DNA of 64,000 nucleotides from Diplonema japonicum (Eukaryota > Protista > Euglenozoa: Diplonemea): contig OZ025672.1 in the NCBI GenBank assembly GCA_964019335.1, forward strand, positions 248,001 to 312,000. The letters are read 5' to 3'. The stretch's first letter is position 1; every line of letters begins with the position of its first letter. Below, in pieces: positions 21,480-33,836 of the stretch. The notes under the pieces are model-generated. The model had not been told where the DNA came from, searched no databases, and saw only the letters and a list, made by a program, of their open reading frames with translations. Made by a program: the position numbers and the translations under genes.

Positions 21480-22120
21480 GAGCTCGTCCGGAAAAAAATG
21501 TCAACAAATGACCCTCCTATGCGGCAGAAAACCCCCATTAAATTTCTAAGTAAAAAAGTAGTCCGCACCACTTTGTGTGCAGAAATGCAGTCTTGCTTGA
21601 ACACAATATAGGTCAAAATGCTCGCCGTTTGTTTTATTTCTAAAACGCACGTGCAAGAACATGTTTTTTAGAATGGTTTTTGGCAAACGAAGTTACAAAT
21701 AACCCAGACTCCATTTTTTATTTTCGTTTTTCCGTGAAAAGCGACAGGAGGAATGGACGCAGATTGAAAATCTGTGAAACCTTTGGTCATTTTGGGTGGG
21801 CTGGACTCTAAATCACTATTAAAATGGGGTGGGGAGAACTTACCCTTAAAGTGCCATTTTGGCCTATTTAAGGCTAAAATCCCTTTAAAACCCCTTAAAA
21901 AAGCAAAATTTTCACTTTTAAAGTATTATGAGTGCAAAAGAAAAGGGAAAACCTCAGCAGATGGGTAGAGAATGAAAGTTTACGCCAAAGATACCAATGT
22001 CGAAGCTCTGCATGAGCAGGCAAGTGTTAAGAATTGCCCTTTTTTTGCTCAAATAATCAAAAACAAGAAATTTTCGGAGGTGCCCAAAAAAAGTGTTGAC
22101 ATTTCCGTCCGGACGAGCTC
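21480..22120. mobile_element. 641-bp non-autonomous TIR element (MITE) with GAG..CTC ends and ATAT target-site duplication
   Basis: Left TIR gagctcgtccggaaaaaaatgtcaaca (21480-21506); right TIR tgttgacatttccgtccggacgagctc (22094-22120); ATAT on both sides. Confidence 0.85.
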
Positions 22121-22999
22121 ATATCCCTCTTTTTCTTTTTTCCCTGCTTCTTTCGGTGGGTTAAAACTGAAATAACAATACGGGGGAAAGGGGGGGGGGG
22201 GGGGGGGATCAACTAGTAGTTAGTGGTAAAGAAGAAAAAAAAAAAAAAAACAGAACTCGATTTTTTTTTTTTTTTTTAAACGTCAATGTAGTGCAAGCTG
22301 ATGACAACCGGCCAATGTTTGCCATATTCCTGTCATCCCGTCGTGTTTAGGAAAGGTGTCGTTGCGCACCCAGACCCAGCCAAAGGTCTTGCCGCCCTAT
22401 GACAGAAGCAAAGTAAAGAACGCCACTGAAAAGGGGGAAAAAAAAGGGGGAAGAATATCACAACACGGAGCAAAACAATATTCTCCCCAACCCCACATTT
22501 TTATCTTATATTGTCCGGATGAGCAAATTAAAACAGGAGCCAAATCGAAGCCCCTGTTATACTAAGGAATAAAGAAGAAGAAGAACATATAAGATAGAAA
22601 AGGCAGGGTTTTTTTCAAGATGATTTGCTACCCTCTAGGCGTTACATAAAAATAGCTATCAGCCAACAAATATTAGATCATAACACTCCTGTTTTTTCCG
22701 GCTTTTTCTCCCCTCCCTTTTTTTTTTCTTTTTTTTTTTTGTGTGTATTTCCAGTCAAATTTGTGCGAGTGAAGATAAGATTTTACTTTTTTACCCCCGT
22801 TGATTTTTTTTTTGTTTTGTTTTCTTTTTTTTTTTTTGGTTTTTGTTGTCATGGTAATGATCCAAAAAAAAAAAAATAGCGCGAAATATACAAGGTGCTA
22901 TGATCTTTTCTCCCCTCCCCCTTTTTTTTGTGAATAGCTTAAAATATAGGCACAAACTTTTGTTGGCAAGTGAGTTTTTCTTCTGTCTACTTTTTTTTT

Positions 23000-23033
<34 letters not shown>

Positions 23034-23561
23034 GGTACCTTGCAACCGAAAAGTTCACTTTTTAGGATTTTAGGATCGGCCAAAAAGAAGAGTCCTCAGA
23101 TAAAATCGTGAGTTGCTGCGAGGCGCGGTGGACGTAACCAAACCGCAATATTAATTAATATCCTTTTTTTTGATAAAAAGTTATGCACTAAAAAAAATCC
23201 TTTTAGGTGTGCAAGGTATGTAAACAGCGCGCTTTTTTTTTCTTTTTCCTCCCCCCCACCCCCCAGTTCAATTATTTTCTTTTGGCATTCATAGAAAGGC
23301 TGGCCACAGTGCAAAAACAGGCAGGCCGCACCTAGCCATTATGAACCAAAAATTGAACAAGGGAGGGGGGAAACAATGTAAAAAAAAAAAAAAAAACAAA
23401 GAAAAAAAAATCCAGTTTTGTCTATTGGTAAATAAAAAGAAATAGCGGGGATTCCGTGTAGGAGAAGGGGGGGGGGGGGGGGGGGGGGGGGAAACACCCC
23501 CCCTCCCCCAATATTATAGAACAAGAAACGCTTTCTCGTCACAAATAAAAAACATTTTTTG

Positions 23562-23602
<41 letters not shown>

Positions 23603-25149
23603 ACCCTCCCCTCCTTTTTTTTGCCGGCTGTACTTGCGCACATGAATCGCATTTCAAAAAAAAAAAAAAAAAAAAGTACGAAGCCGTGGCAAAATTCCAA
23701 GGTCCAAAAGAGAGGTGCTTTACACAAATCACAACATTTCGGGGATAGGGGAATGGCGAAAGAACAAAAAGGGGGAGCTTTTTTTTTTTTTTACCCCTCG
23801 CATCGGTTCTTTTTTTTTTTAAAAAAAGGAGATGAAAAGGTGCCTCGAACACGTTTAAAGTATAAATCATGCCCTCATTCCAACCCCCCAGAAAAATACT
23901 TCAGAAACGGGGTTACTTTAAGATTGCAGTGAACTCCCTTACTTGTTTAGCCTGACCTGCATTTGAGGCTGCTTCCTTAAAAAAAGTTAGGGCAGCGCAA
24001 CCAGCTCAAAGTGTACACCCGTTCTGCGGGTCTCTTTATTTCTTGTTAGAATTGTGCCCCCCCCCCCCCCCCTGAAATAGTATAACTCGCGCTATGAAGC
24101 AGCTCGTTACAAATTACTGCTTCTTTTTTTTTTTTTTTTTTTCTCCCCTGGTTCTTCTCTCAAATATGGCTTTCTATTCTCTTTGCCCCCCCTTTTCTTT
24201 TTTTCCCCCCTTCTCCCCTCTCATCCCAAAATCTTTCTTATTAGAAATCGCTTTTCTTTCCCCCTTTTTCTTTTTTTGAAACACAAGCATCTACTTGTCA
24301 GGGCTTCTCCGGCTGCTCTCGATAGACCGGCAACTGCAACTGCATGATCACCACTAAACGATGAAGTGTGAAGTGGGAACTACAAACATAGCTCTTTCGA
24401 CCTTTTTTTTTTTTGTTATCAAAAACCCAAAAACTTAGGCTTAAAAAAAAAAAAATTGTTGCCGAACCTAATAGGAATACCTCGTTTTGAAAACCGGGCC
24501 CAACTTTGTTGCGAAAAAAAAAAAAAAAAAGAGAAAACCGAAAGAAAAGAAAAAAAAAAAAAAAAAGAAGTGCTTCTTGGAAGATCGCTCTCGTTTCCTT
24601 TTTTTTCTTTTTTTTTTTTTATACTTTCCCTCTGAAGGAGCGATTCCTGTCCAATCAAGCCCTTCTTTAAAAAAAAAAAAAAAAAAAACAGATTTTGGGA
24701 GAAAGAGACAAAAAAAAAAGAGAGAATACATAAGTTCCACGATTTATTTTAATAAACCAAAACCCTAATTTGACTACTACGAAGGGGCTCCTGGCCGACT
24801 TCAGGGCCTTCCATCGTCTTTTTTTCACTTTCTTCCCCTCCTACATGTCTAAAACCTTAAAAATGCATCAAAATGCCCCGCTACAGTACGACATGAAGTA
24901 AGAAATTCAACCCCACATATCGGGATCCATTAGGCATTTACCGGGTTTTCAGGGAAAAACTTATCGAAATTTATCGAAATAAATCGCGGAACCTATTTGA
25001 GAATAAGAAAAGTAAGAATGAAAATGGCGCCATAACTGAAAAAAAAAAAACACCCCACCCCAAAGCGTATTGCTTCTTGTTTGTTGTCCCCCCCCCCCCT
25101 TTTTTTCTTGCGGAGTAAAAAAAATTCAGACTTCTCAACGAAAAGTTCC

Positions 25150-25182
<33 letters not shown>

Positions 25183-25334
25183 AAGAAACAAATATAACAG
25201 ATGGGGGAATATCCAAATAAAGGCACATAATTTAGCCCTTGGATTGGACTTCAGAAAAAAAATGAGGAAAATCCATTTTCGAAGTTGGGCCATTTCTGCT
25301 GGGCTGAGGACTGATCACGGGGCAAGTAAGGCGT

Positions 25335-25534
25335 NNNNNNNNNNNNNNNNNNNNNNNNNNNNNNNNNNNNNNNNNNNNNNNNNNNNNNNNNNNNNNNNNN
25401 NNNNNNNNNNNNNNNNNNNNNNNNNNNNNNNNNNNNNNNNNNNNNNNNNNNNNNNNNNNNNNNNNNNNNNNNNNNNNNNNNNNNNNNNNNNNNNNNNNNN
25501 NNNNNNNNNNNNNNNNNNNNNNNNNNNNNNNNNN
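25335..25534. other. Assembly gap (200 N)
   Basis: N-run; truncates the kinase 3' end. Confidence 1.
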
Positions 25535-26610
25535 CAGCATGCAAGGATGAGCTCCAGCTGCTGCTGTTGATCCTGTCCGGGGAAGAGAGGGACGCCTGTG
25601 AGGAGCTCAGCAAGGATGCAGCCGACGCTCCACATGTCGGAGGCTGTGGTGGTCTTCCGAGAGCAGAGGAGGACCTCTGGTGCCCTGTACCACTGGGTCT
25701 GGATGTAGTCTGGGTTGTCGTTGGTGGTGGTCTCTGTCCCGCCGGAGAGGGTGCGGGCGAGCCCGAAGTCCGACAGGTAGCAGCGCGGGGTGTCGTCCAC
25801 CAGGATGTTGCTGAGCTTCAGGTCCCCTGTGAACGACGCCCCGCTCGTGGATGTAGGCGAGGGCGCTGAGGAGCTGCAGCATGAACCATTTCTTGTGCTG
25901 CGCGAGGAGCTGCCGCCGTACGAGGAGGTCCTCGCACGTGTGCGGGATGAAGGGCATGATGAGGTGCACGTCCTTGTTGTTCCCGTTCACGATCACGTCG
26001 TTCAGCTCCACGATGTTCGGGTGCCGCAGCTGCTGCAGGATCTGGATCTCCCGGTAGGTGCGCTGCCCGAGGATCGGGTGCGACCACGTGTCGTGGATCG
26101 TCTTCACCGCCACAATCGCTCCCGTGTCCCGCTGCGTTGCCCGGCACACCACCCCGTACGCCCCCCGCCCGATCACAGGCCCCAGGCGGTACTCCCGCGT
26201 CAGCTTCGGTTCGTCGATCTTCGGTGGCTCCTCCCCTCCCTGCCACAGCATGGATGACAGGGATGGTGCTTTCCGTCGGGATTGGGATCCTGTGTTATTG
26301 TTGTTGTTGTTGTTATTGTTGTTGTTGTTGTTGTTGTTGCTGTTGTTGTGAGAGATAAAGAGAGAGAGTTGTGTTTGTTGGGGTAGGGGGGGAGGGTGTC
26401 CCATACTCTCAAGAGAAGGAATCACAGCCCATTCTGTCGGGTCACAGCTCCTGTACAAGTGGTGCTTGTGTTCTTGCATCAACGTCTTCATCCCCTTCGC
26501 AAGCTCGTTCACCTCCATGTTCCTCTCCACCAGGATTGTTTCGCTCTCACTCGGAAGCGTCTCCACACACGCCCCGAACTCTGCCTCGATGGACGCCTGT
26601 TGTTGGTATT

Positions 26611-26649
<39 letters not shown>

Positions 26650-27157
26650 TTTTTTATATATTCCACCACACCTTTGCACGCTGAGCATGTGCAAGCCCTG
26701 CGCTCAAGAAGAGCCACTTCGACGGGTCGACCACATAGGGGTTGGAAGGGACGTTCTTGTTGTACTTCTTCACAATCTTCGAGACCGCGATGGTGTTCAA
26801 GTACATGAACCACAGCACGAGGATCACGTCGTCGTACACGTTCGACAGCTGGATCAGAACGATCCCGTGCTCCTGCGCCTCCTTGTAGCCACGCACCTGC
26901 CGCGCAGCCACCAGCGCCTTCCGCACACGTTGAAGCACCTTGAGCTTCTGTTTTACAATACTGTTGACTGAGGTCATCTCCTCCTCTAGCTTTTTGATAA
27001 AGGCCCCCTGGTCGATCTCAGGGCCGTTGCTGTTCTCACTGCTGTTGCTTGATTTCACCGCGTTCAGCACCTTCTTCAGCAGCCGATAGTTCAAGGAGTT
27101 ATCGGCCACGCCATGCTGGGCGCTTACATCATGTAGGAACTTTCCAAAGCCCACCAT
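25535..27157 (-). CDS. SPX domain-MAPK (ERK7/8, MAPK15-like) fusion; spliced, 3' end lost in the gap, one extra G at 25824-25827
   Basis: SPX: MVGFGKFL, NYRLLKKVL, LNTIAVSKIVKKYNK. Phase-0 intron 26597-26671 joins AQRAK|ASIEAEFGACVETLP in frame. Kinase: GRGAYGVV, VAVK, QRTYRE, HR(D)LKLSNIL, DFGLAR, WYRAPEVLL, DMWSVGCI. Confidence 0.82.
26290..26406 (-). other. Probable 117-nt in-frame intron containing an (AAC)n microsatellite
   Basis: GTATGG...ACACAG; length is a multiple of 3 with no stop, so retention would encode poly-Asn. Confidence 0.55.
26597..26671 (-). other. 75-nt GT-AG poly(A) intron joining the SPX and kinase exons
   Basis: AAG|GTGTGG...(A)n CAATACCAACAACAG|GCG; removes the stop that ends the SPX ORF. 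Confidence 0.8.
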
Positions 27158-27874
27158 GGCCAACCCCTTTGTTTGATTTGTACACGAAAGAAAGGGGGGG
27201 AAATCTACAACAAAACGCGTGCAAAAGAACAATAAAATAAATATAAGTGAGGCGGTAAGCTGCCTGTTAAGCTAGCTAACATTGAAGTTCAACAGAAAGA
27301 AACAAGAAAAGGGAGTGTTACTCGTGTGTGTTGGTGGGTGCGGAAGCCACATGAGAAGAAGGGGAAAGGGGGCTTAATCGCTTTGCAGGCCTGCTTTCCT
27401 TAATGGAGATACGTGGAGGGAGGGGCATCCAACCCCTTCCCCTTTTGGAACATTTATAGGAAGAAAAAGGAAAGGAAGAAAAACACCTCCCTTATCTCCT
27501 GCTACGTTTATGTGTTTTTTTTTTTTTTTTTTTTTTTCTTAAACTACGAATTTGTGCCGAGAAACAAGGATCGCTTTCAATTTACTTACCACGTATATAT
27601 ATTTTTGACTCCCGTTTACCCTTCCTTCCGTCGTTTTCCTTTTCTTTTCCCCCCGTTTTGACTTTGTTTTTTTTTTTAATTTATTTCTTTTTCCAACTGC
27701 GGCCGCGTACGGGTTGTGGGAGCATTTATCTTTTTTTTTACCCCCTCTTTTTTCTCCTTCTTCTTTCCCAATCCCTTTACGCGGCCCTTTAAACGAAAAA
27801 AAAAAAAAAAACGAAGGAACAAAATTTGAAGGAAAAAAAAAAACTTTAAAACGAGGGAATGGGCAAATATATTT

Positions 27875-27920
<46 letters not shown>

Positions 27921-27982
27921 GCACAAAAGAAAAAAAAAATCTGTTGCCTTTCAGCAGTCAGAACACTTTTTTTTGGGGGGGG

Positions 27983-29586
27983 TCACACTTCACTCCTCTC
28001 TTCCTTCTCTCTTTCCTCGACCATAAGCTGGTTGTTCTTCATCACATAAGCCTCACAATCCAAATCATAAGCGCGGGGCTGGATCTTGACAACAGTACAG
28101 GGCGCCAAGTGCGTGGGAGCACATTCACCAAGATAGCTGTGAAGGGCTGTCATCACCTAAAAAAGAAAAAAAGTTTTTTCCCCCCCTTCTAAAATACCGT
28201 TCCATGCCCACAGATCATAAGATGCGTTGGGCACCTTTCAATTTCAAAGATAATGGGCTCCAGCCTTTCAATGATATCCTCGTAAGTCTCCCCTTGCTCC
28301 GCAACCGAAAACCCACACTGGTCAAGATACCGCCATGAAACATGAGGGTACCCCGCCTTCTGCAGCTGGGTTACAGTATCAGCATCGGCAGAATCGTTCG
28401 CCGACCAGATAGTAACTTCTTCTTTATTGGGGACCTGTGCTTCAAGGAGGCTGAGAAGAGCTTGGGCAAATCCTTCCGTGCCAGATCTGGCTGCCGACAT
28501 ATTTTTCTGTGAGATTTTTCGAAGACGTGCGGAAGAGGAGTCTAGAGGTGTTTTCCCGCGTTCCATGGAACCTTCTAAGGCGTCTTGCGGGGAGGGGTCG
28601 GACGATGTTCTCGTGATGTCGTTCAGAAAATCGGATTCGGGTTTGGACGCTTCGTCCGGTTCTTTTGAAGAGGTTCCCTCCGTAACACACAGGTACACGT
28701 GTCGGTGCATCACCTTTAAGTTCATTAGTAAGAAGGTCAGCTTCCCTGTTAAATACCCATTCGTCCTATGCATTTTCATCTTGTTGCGATAGCATTTTAT
28801 AAATGGGACGCCTTCGCTGTTGCTTAGTGTCTCGTAAGCTGACGCGTAGTAAGATATGCGTCTTTCAAAATCTGAGTTGGCTTTGGTGGGGTCGATGCCG
28901 ATATATTCGGGCATGAGCAGAATTTCTTTTTGAGAAACAGAGTCGGATGCCCCTCCCATGATATCGCACATCTCGATGAACATTATCCGGTCCTTAGGAA
29001 CGACTTGTAACAGCTTTTCTATGATGAGAGCTCTTCGATCGATGGAGTGGTTTGTTCCATCGAAAATGGCAACTTGTCCTTTATCGTTCGTGACCCAACT
29101 TACCAGATCTTCAAGAGCTTGCTCAAACACTTCTAACAATTTCGTTTTGTTCTCCGTGTTGTGGTGATTGAAGAATTCCGCATCGGGGAACCCAAGGTTC
29201 TTCCTACGATATATCGCTATGTTGAAGACCTGGGTTTTAACGCCCAGCCACGCTAAGTATCTCATTATCCTCCGTGATATGTATGTTTTGCCTCTTGCGG
29301 GTAGGCCCATCAGCACGATGACCAAAGGTTGTGTGTCGCGCTGCCTTATCGTCAAGGGTTGCTTTTGCATGTGTTTGCTGAGCCGCAGGGCTTGATCAGC
29401 ATCGTTTTGCTTCCTCTCAACAGCCTCCTCCTCTGTCATGGCGTGGTCCAAGGTGTAGTTTAAAGGGTGGGGTTCCAGATTGTACGGCTGTTTTTTTTCT
29501 TTTTTTTTTTTTCTTTTTTTGTTGTCGTATATACATCGCTTGCCGTCATTGCTATCGGGCTGTTCCCTGAGGAGGCGTCGTTCCAT
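27983..29586 (-). CDS. 6-phosphofructo-2-kinase with degenerate fructose-2,6-bisphosphatase domain (5' exon structure uncertain)
   Basis: LMGLPARGKT P-loop, FNIAIYRR, AIFDGTN, ETYEDIIERLEPIIFEIER. Intron 28157-28197 adds VMTALHSYL..CTVVKIQPRAY, ending at stop 27983. Confidence 0.9.
28157..28197 (-). other. 41-nt GT-AG intron
   Basis: ACG|GTATTT...TTTTAG|GTG restores the PFKFB-like C-terminus. Confidence 0.88.
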
Positions 29587-29601
29587 GCTCGGTTTTGCGC
29601 T

Positions 29602-29633
<32 letters not shown>

Positions 29634-30888
29634 TACCCTTCTTCGCCCCCGATGATGGCCAGCCGTTTTGCAACATTTGATGTGGGCATGTTGAAGAGCT
29701 GCATGTTAATCTCGCTTGCGTCAAGCTCTGTTTTAAAGACATCCACAGTCTGTGAGAGAATGTTTTTTTTTTGTTTTTTTGTAACGCACCTCCTTGCACC
29801 CTGGGCTTTGAGAGTTACTCCCACAAGACGACATTTTGGTTTCGCCTTTTTTTTTTTTTCTTTCCCCCCTTCTCCCCCGTTCCTCCTTGTTTTTTCTTCT
29901 TCTAAAATCTTGAGAAAAAAGTGGGGGGGGGTAAATAAACTTCTAAATAAATATTTTAGTGTAACTGAAAAAAAAAAAAAAAAAAAAAAAAAAAGAAAAT
30001 CACATCGCAATGTAAGAGTCAAGATCGCCTCCAGGAAGCACTATCCCATGCCCTGACCCTGGGGCCAAGTTTTGCGAAACAACAGCGAGGTCCTTGTGGG
30101 CTCGCTTGCGGCCTTTTGCCTTACCTGCGGCCTTTGCAGCCTGTACAGCCCCACCGCAAGGGTGGGCAGTTGAAGGAGTTTGCGGATGAAAGCTAACCTG
30201 GGTAGTGGACCCGTTCATGGTGTGTGTCTTCAAAGCGCCGCCGGAAAAGGAACCCCCAACCATGACTCCTTGTTCGTTACCCATTTTTTTTTCCTTTTTT
30301 TTTTTTTTTTGTAGTGTATGTTTCCCTGGGAAATCTGATGGGATTTCTTTGAAGAAGAGGGGGAGGAAAAAAAAAAAGTTAGTGTAAATCTAAAAGTTCA
30401 CCAAAAGTTATCGCTTTCATAGCGAGGGCTCCCATACGTCATTGGGCCCATTCCGAACCCGTTCCCTGTGCCGGTGGACTGCTCGTGGAGCGCGTGTGCG
30501 AATTGGTTGCTCGAGGCTTGGTTTTCCAGTGCTGTGATGTTCGCAATAGAAGTTCGTATCTTGGCAGCTCCCTTTGTGTTTTTTTTTTTATTTTATTTTT
30601 TGTTTTTTTCTTTTTTTTTTTTTTTAAATTTTCCCATGGCACACATTGTTCATGGACTTGTTAAACTGGTGATCTTCAGAGCGCACATACGCGTTCATTA
30701 CCTTCTTTGCACATTTGTTCATACCCATTTTTTTTCTTTCTTTTTTGTGTATTTGTGTAACCTCTTTTTTTTTTTTCTTTCTTTCTTTTTTTTTTTTTTC
30801 TTCCCCCGAAGAATCTTTTCGCTGGCAAATTCACTCCCTCAAACCCAGGTCCTTCAGGAGACGGGCTGCTGCCTCCTTTTTATACGTC

Positions 30889-30967
30889 TGCTTAAGGCAG
30901 GCTTCATTCTCACGGCAACCACACCTCAGACAGTGGAAGCCTGTCTTGTGCTCTCGATCACACCCGG
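30889..30967 (+). repeat. Dispersed repeat remnant; inverted copy at 46748-46827
   Basis: tgctt.aggcaggcttcatt...ccacacctc...cagtggaagcctg.ctt...cacccgg shared. Confidence 0.75.
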
Positions 30968-31270
30968 TGTTTTCACCTACAGTAGGGGTAAACGGGCAAG
31001 CTGCCTCTACTCTTTTTTTGCAATAACAATTCTTTTCAAAATTTTGTTTTACTTCCAGCAAAAAAAAAAAAAAGAAGAATAATAATAATAAAGAATGAGG
31101 GGAATTAACATAAAGAAAAACAGAAAGAAAAAGAAAAAAGAGTGGGGGGGGGAGGCCCCGTATCTCTAAAATTATTCCGAATATGCGTCAGGGGGTGGGT
31201 TTCCTCTCCATCACTTGCGCTGGGAGTCACACACAAGTCACCTAAAAAAATAAAAATAAAAATCTGTATC

Positions 31271-31315
<45 letters not shown>

Positions 31316-31568
31316 CATAGGAAAAGAAATTTAGCTCCGGTGGGCACTTTAGAGATATGAGGGGGCGTGAAAAGGAAAGAAAAAGAAGTATAATTAATTA
31401 ATCACCCCCCCCCTTTTTTTTGGCCATTGTTGTTGTGTTTTATTCGGGTTGGCTTATGAGTGGGGGAAATAGTTTAAATAAAAAACTTCAACAGGTGTAT
31501 GACCGCGTAACGCAGCAACGGTGTTTTTCCCATGGGTTTCCCAGCAAAAAAAAAAAAAAAAAAAAAAA

Positions 31569-31935
31569 TTCTTTATGACTATATGTCTTTGTTGTTCGCA
31601 CGAGCAAAAAAGGTTTTAAAAAGCTGCGAAAGTTTTTTGCTCGGCACAAGTTGCATATAGTTATAAAATCATTTTCTGAAAGATAAATATTTGTAACAAA
31701 AAAAAAAAAAATAAATAAATCTAAATTATAGCAGAATCCTCTTTTTTTTCCATCCTAGTTTGCATCAACACGAAAGGGGGATGACAAAGGGGGTTCAACT
31801 CATAAATAAATTTTAAAAAAGAGAAAAAAACTAGTTTGGCGCTCCATTTGTTTGTGCGCACGAGCGGAATTTTACCTAATAAAATAGCTCATTACGCTGC
31901 CATCAACTAGTTTTCGTCGACAATAATAATGTTAA
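31569..31935 (+). repeat. Longest copy of an AT-rich dispersed repeat (fragments at 12293 and 10390)
   Basis: Contains both homology blocks, with short homopolymers at the homologous sites. Confidence 0.85.
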
Positions 31936-32397
31936 AACAAAAAAAAAAAAAAGGACAAAAAAAAAAACCCACGTCAAGCAGCGGGTTTTTCTACATCAAC
32001 ACATCAACGTGTACAACAGGCGAACCGTTGCCTCTACAAAGTTTTTAAAATTTTTGAATACCGTATTTGTAACCCTCAGGCCACCAAGGGGCATTGTACA
32101 GAAGTTAAGTTTTTTTGGGGGGGGGTGGGAAGGGGATTATGATGAGAGCTGACTAAAGTGTCCGAGTGGTCGCTCATCAAATCCCACAAAGGGTGTCGGT
32201 TCATCTAGACGGCAGGCCATGGAAGTAGTAGTCCAACAATAGTGACAAACTATCTTTTTTTTTTTTTTTTCCCCCTCCCTTCTTGCCTCAAGACTTTGTT
32301 GGCGTGTCATTTCGCAAAATAGATATAAAAAAATAAAAATAAAAAAGATCGCAGAATAGAAAAATAAATAACTAAATAAAACAGGGGCCCACGGTTT

Positions 32398-32451
<54 letters not shown>

Positions 32452-33836
32452 AGTATTGAGCAGTAAATAACCGCTTGTTGTAAGTGTCAGGCCGAAAAAG
32501 TGCTCGAAAAAATTATTTTTACCCGCGGTCCCTGTATAAAAGTACATTTTCCCCCCCCTCTTTTGCTTTGTTTTGTTTTGTTTTGTTTTGTTTTGTTAAT
32601 ACAATTGCGGGTGTAAACCTCAAAAAAAGAAGAAGAACGACAACAAAAATAAAGATAGGGGGGGGGGGGGGGGGGGGTTATGCTATGCTATGGCCATGGC
32701 TCCACCTGATGGACTCGGGGGGAAATTAAAAAAAAGAATTCTAGAGGGTAAATGCAAGCACAAAATTAAGTTACTGCCAAATTGTTTTACCGGGGAGGGG
32801 GAGTTTTAAGTTTTCTTTAGGGGGACAGAAAAAAATGTGGCATAATAATAAGGGGAAAAAAAGAAAGAAAAAGGGTGTAAATAGAGCTTTTTTCTTCTTT
32901 TTTTTTTCCCCTCCCAACACCAGCTTATGCAGGAAGATTTACGGAAGCGGTCTTTTTTTTTTTTTTTTTTTTTTTCAACTGCATATTAAAGTGGTTCTAG
33001 GTGTTCTTTGTATTTAAAAAGAAAAAAAGAAAAAAGAAAAGATAAAAAAAAGTCAAATTGGCATGCAGCTGCACAGGGAAGGTAAGGGCTTCCCGGACAG
33101 GAGGTTCGTGGTTGTACTTCATCTCTTTGGTGCTGTTCTCGTCAGGCAAGAAGCACCGTTCAAGGGCTCCTCCTTGGTCGGTTTGGTGCACGGTAGTGGC
33201 TGACCTGTTGTGTCAGAAGACTGGACCCCTACCCGGAATCTTCCTTTAGAAAAAACCCCCCAAAAAAAGAAAAACAAAATACTTATTGAAATGTTTCTAA
33301 TGAAAGTGTCAAAAAAAGAAGTAATAAATGGCAAGTGTGTCCTGGCATGTAGAAAGTCTATAGCCAAAGAAGAAGGGGAAGGGGAAGGGAGGTTCGATAT
33401 ACTTGTAAAAGAGGAAGAAGAAGGAAGGAGAGAAAAAAAAGGGGGGGGGAGGGGCTTGTCAGTTGCAGCCTTACATACAACCCTCCTCAATCGCTTTTTT
33501 TCTTGCCCTCTCCAATCTTTCAAGAAAAAAAAAACTTTTTTTTTTAAAATCTCTTTGTGTCATACATATGAAGTTTCTAGGTTCTCCCCCACTCTTCCCT
33601 CTTCTTCACGTTTCGTAAAAAAAGAAGAAAGTATCTTGCAAAGAGTAGTAATCTTTGTTTTGAGCAGGGGAGGTATTTTACACTCATCACGCTGCCAACA
33701 ATTAAGTGTTTAGCCTCGACAACTAATTTTTGTTTAAAAAAAAAAATACTCGATGATTTAAAGGAAGCCGGTGGGGGCACCCTGCACAAGCACCATTTAC
33801 TAAAAAAAAACCCAGGTCTGACTGTCCAGCGATTTT

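Noticed and set aside
22130-25330. Many poly-Phe/Lys/Gly/Pro ORFs here and at 39100-41700, 44700-49100 and 53100-55900
   Set aside because: Translations of homopolymer runs, often from non-ATG starts, with no domain signal.
25251-25334. Sequence left of the gap as the kinase's last exon
   Set aside because: No kinase subdomain XI motif, and continuity across the gap is unknown.
25824-25827. Frameshift at kinase HRD read as programmed frameshifting, editing or pseudogenisation
   Set aside because: A single extra G in a G-run ~290 bp from an assembly gap, with intact motifs on both sides, is most simply a sequencing error; reads are needed.
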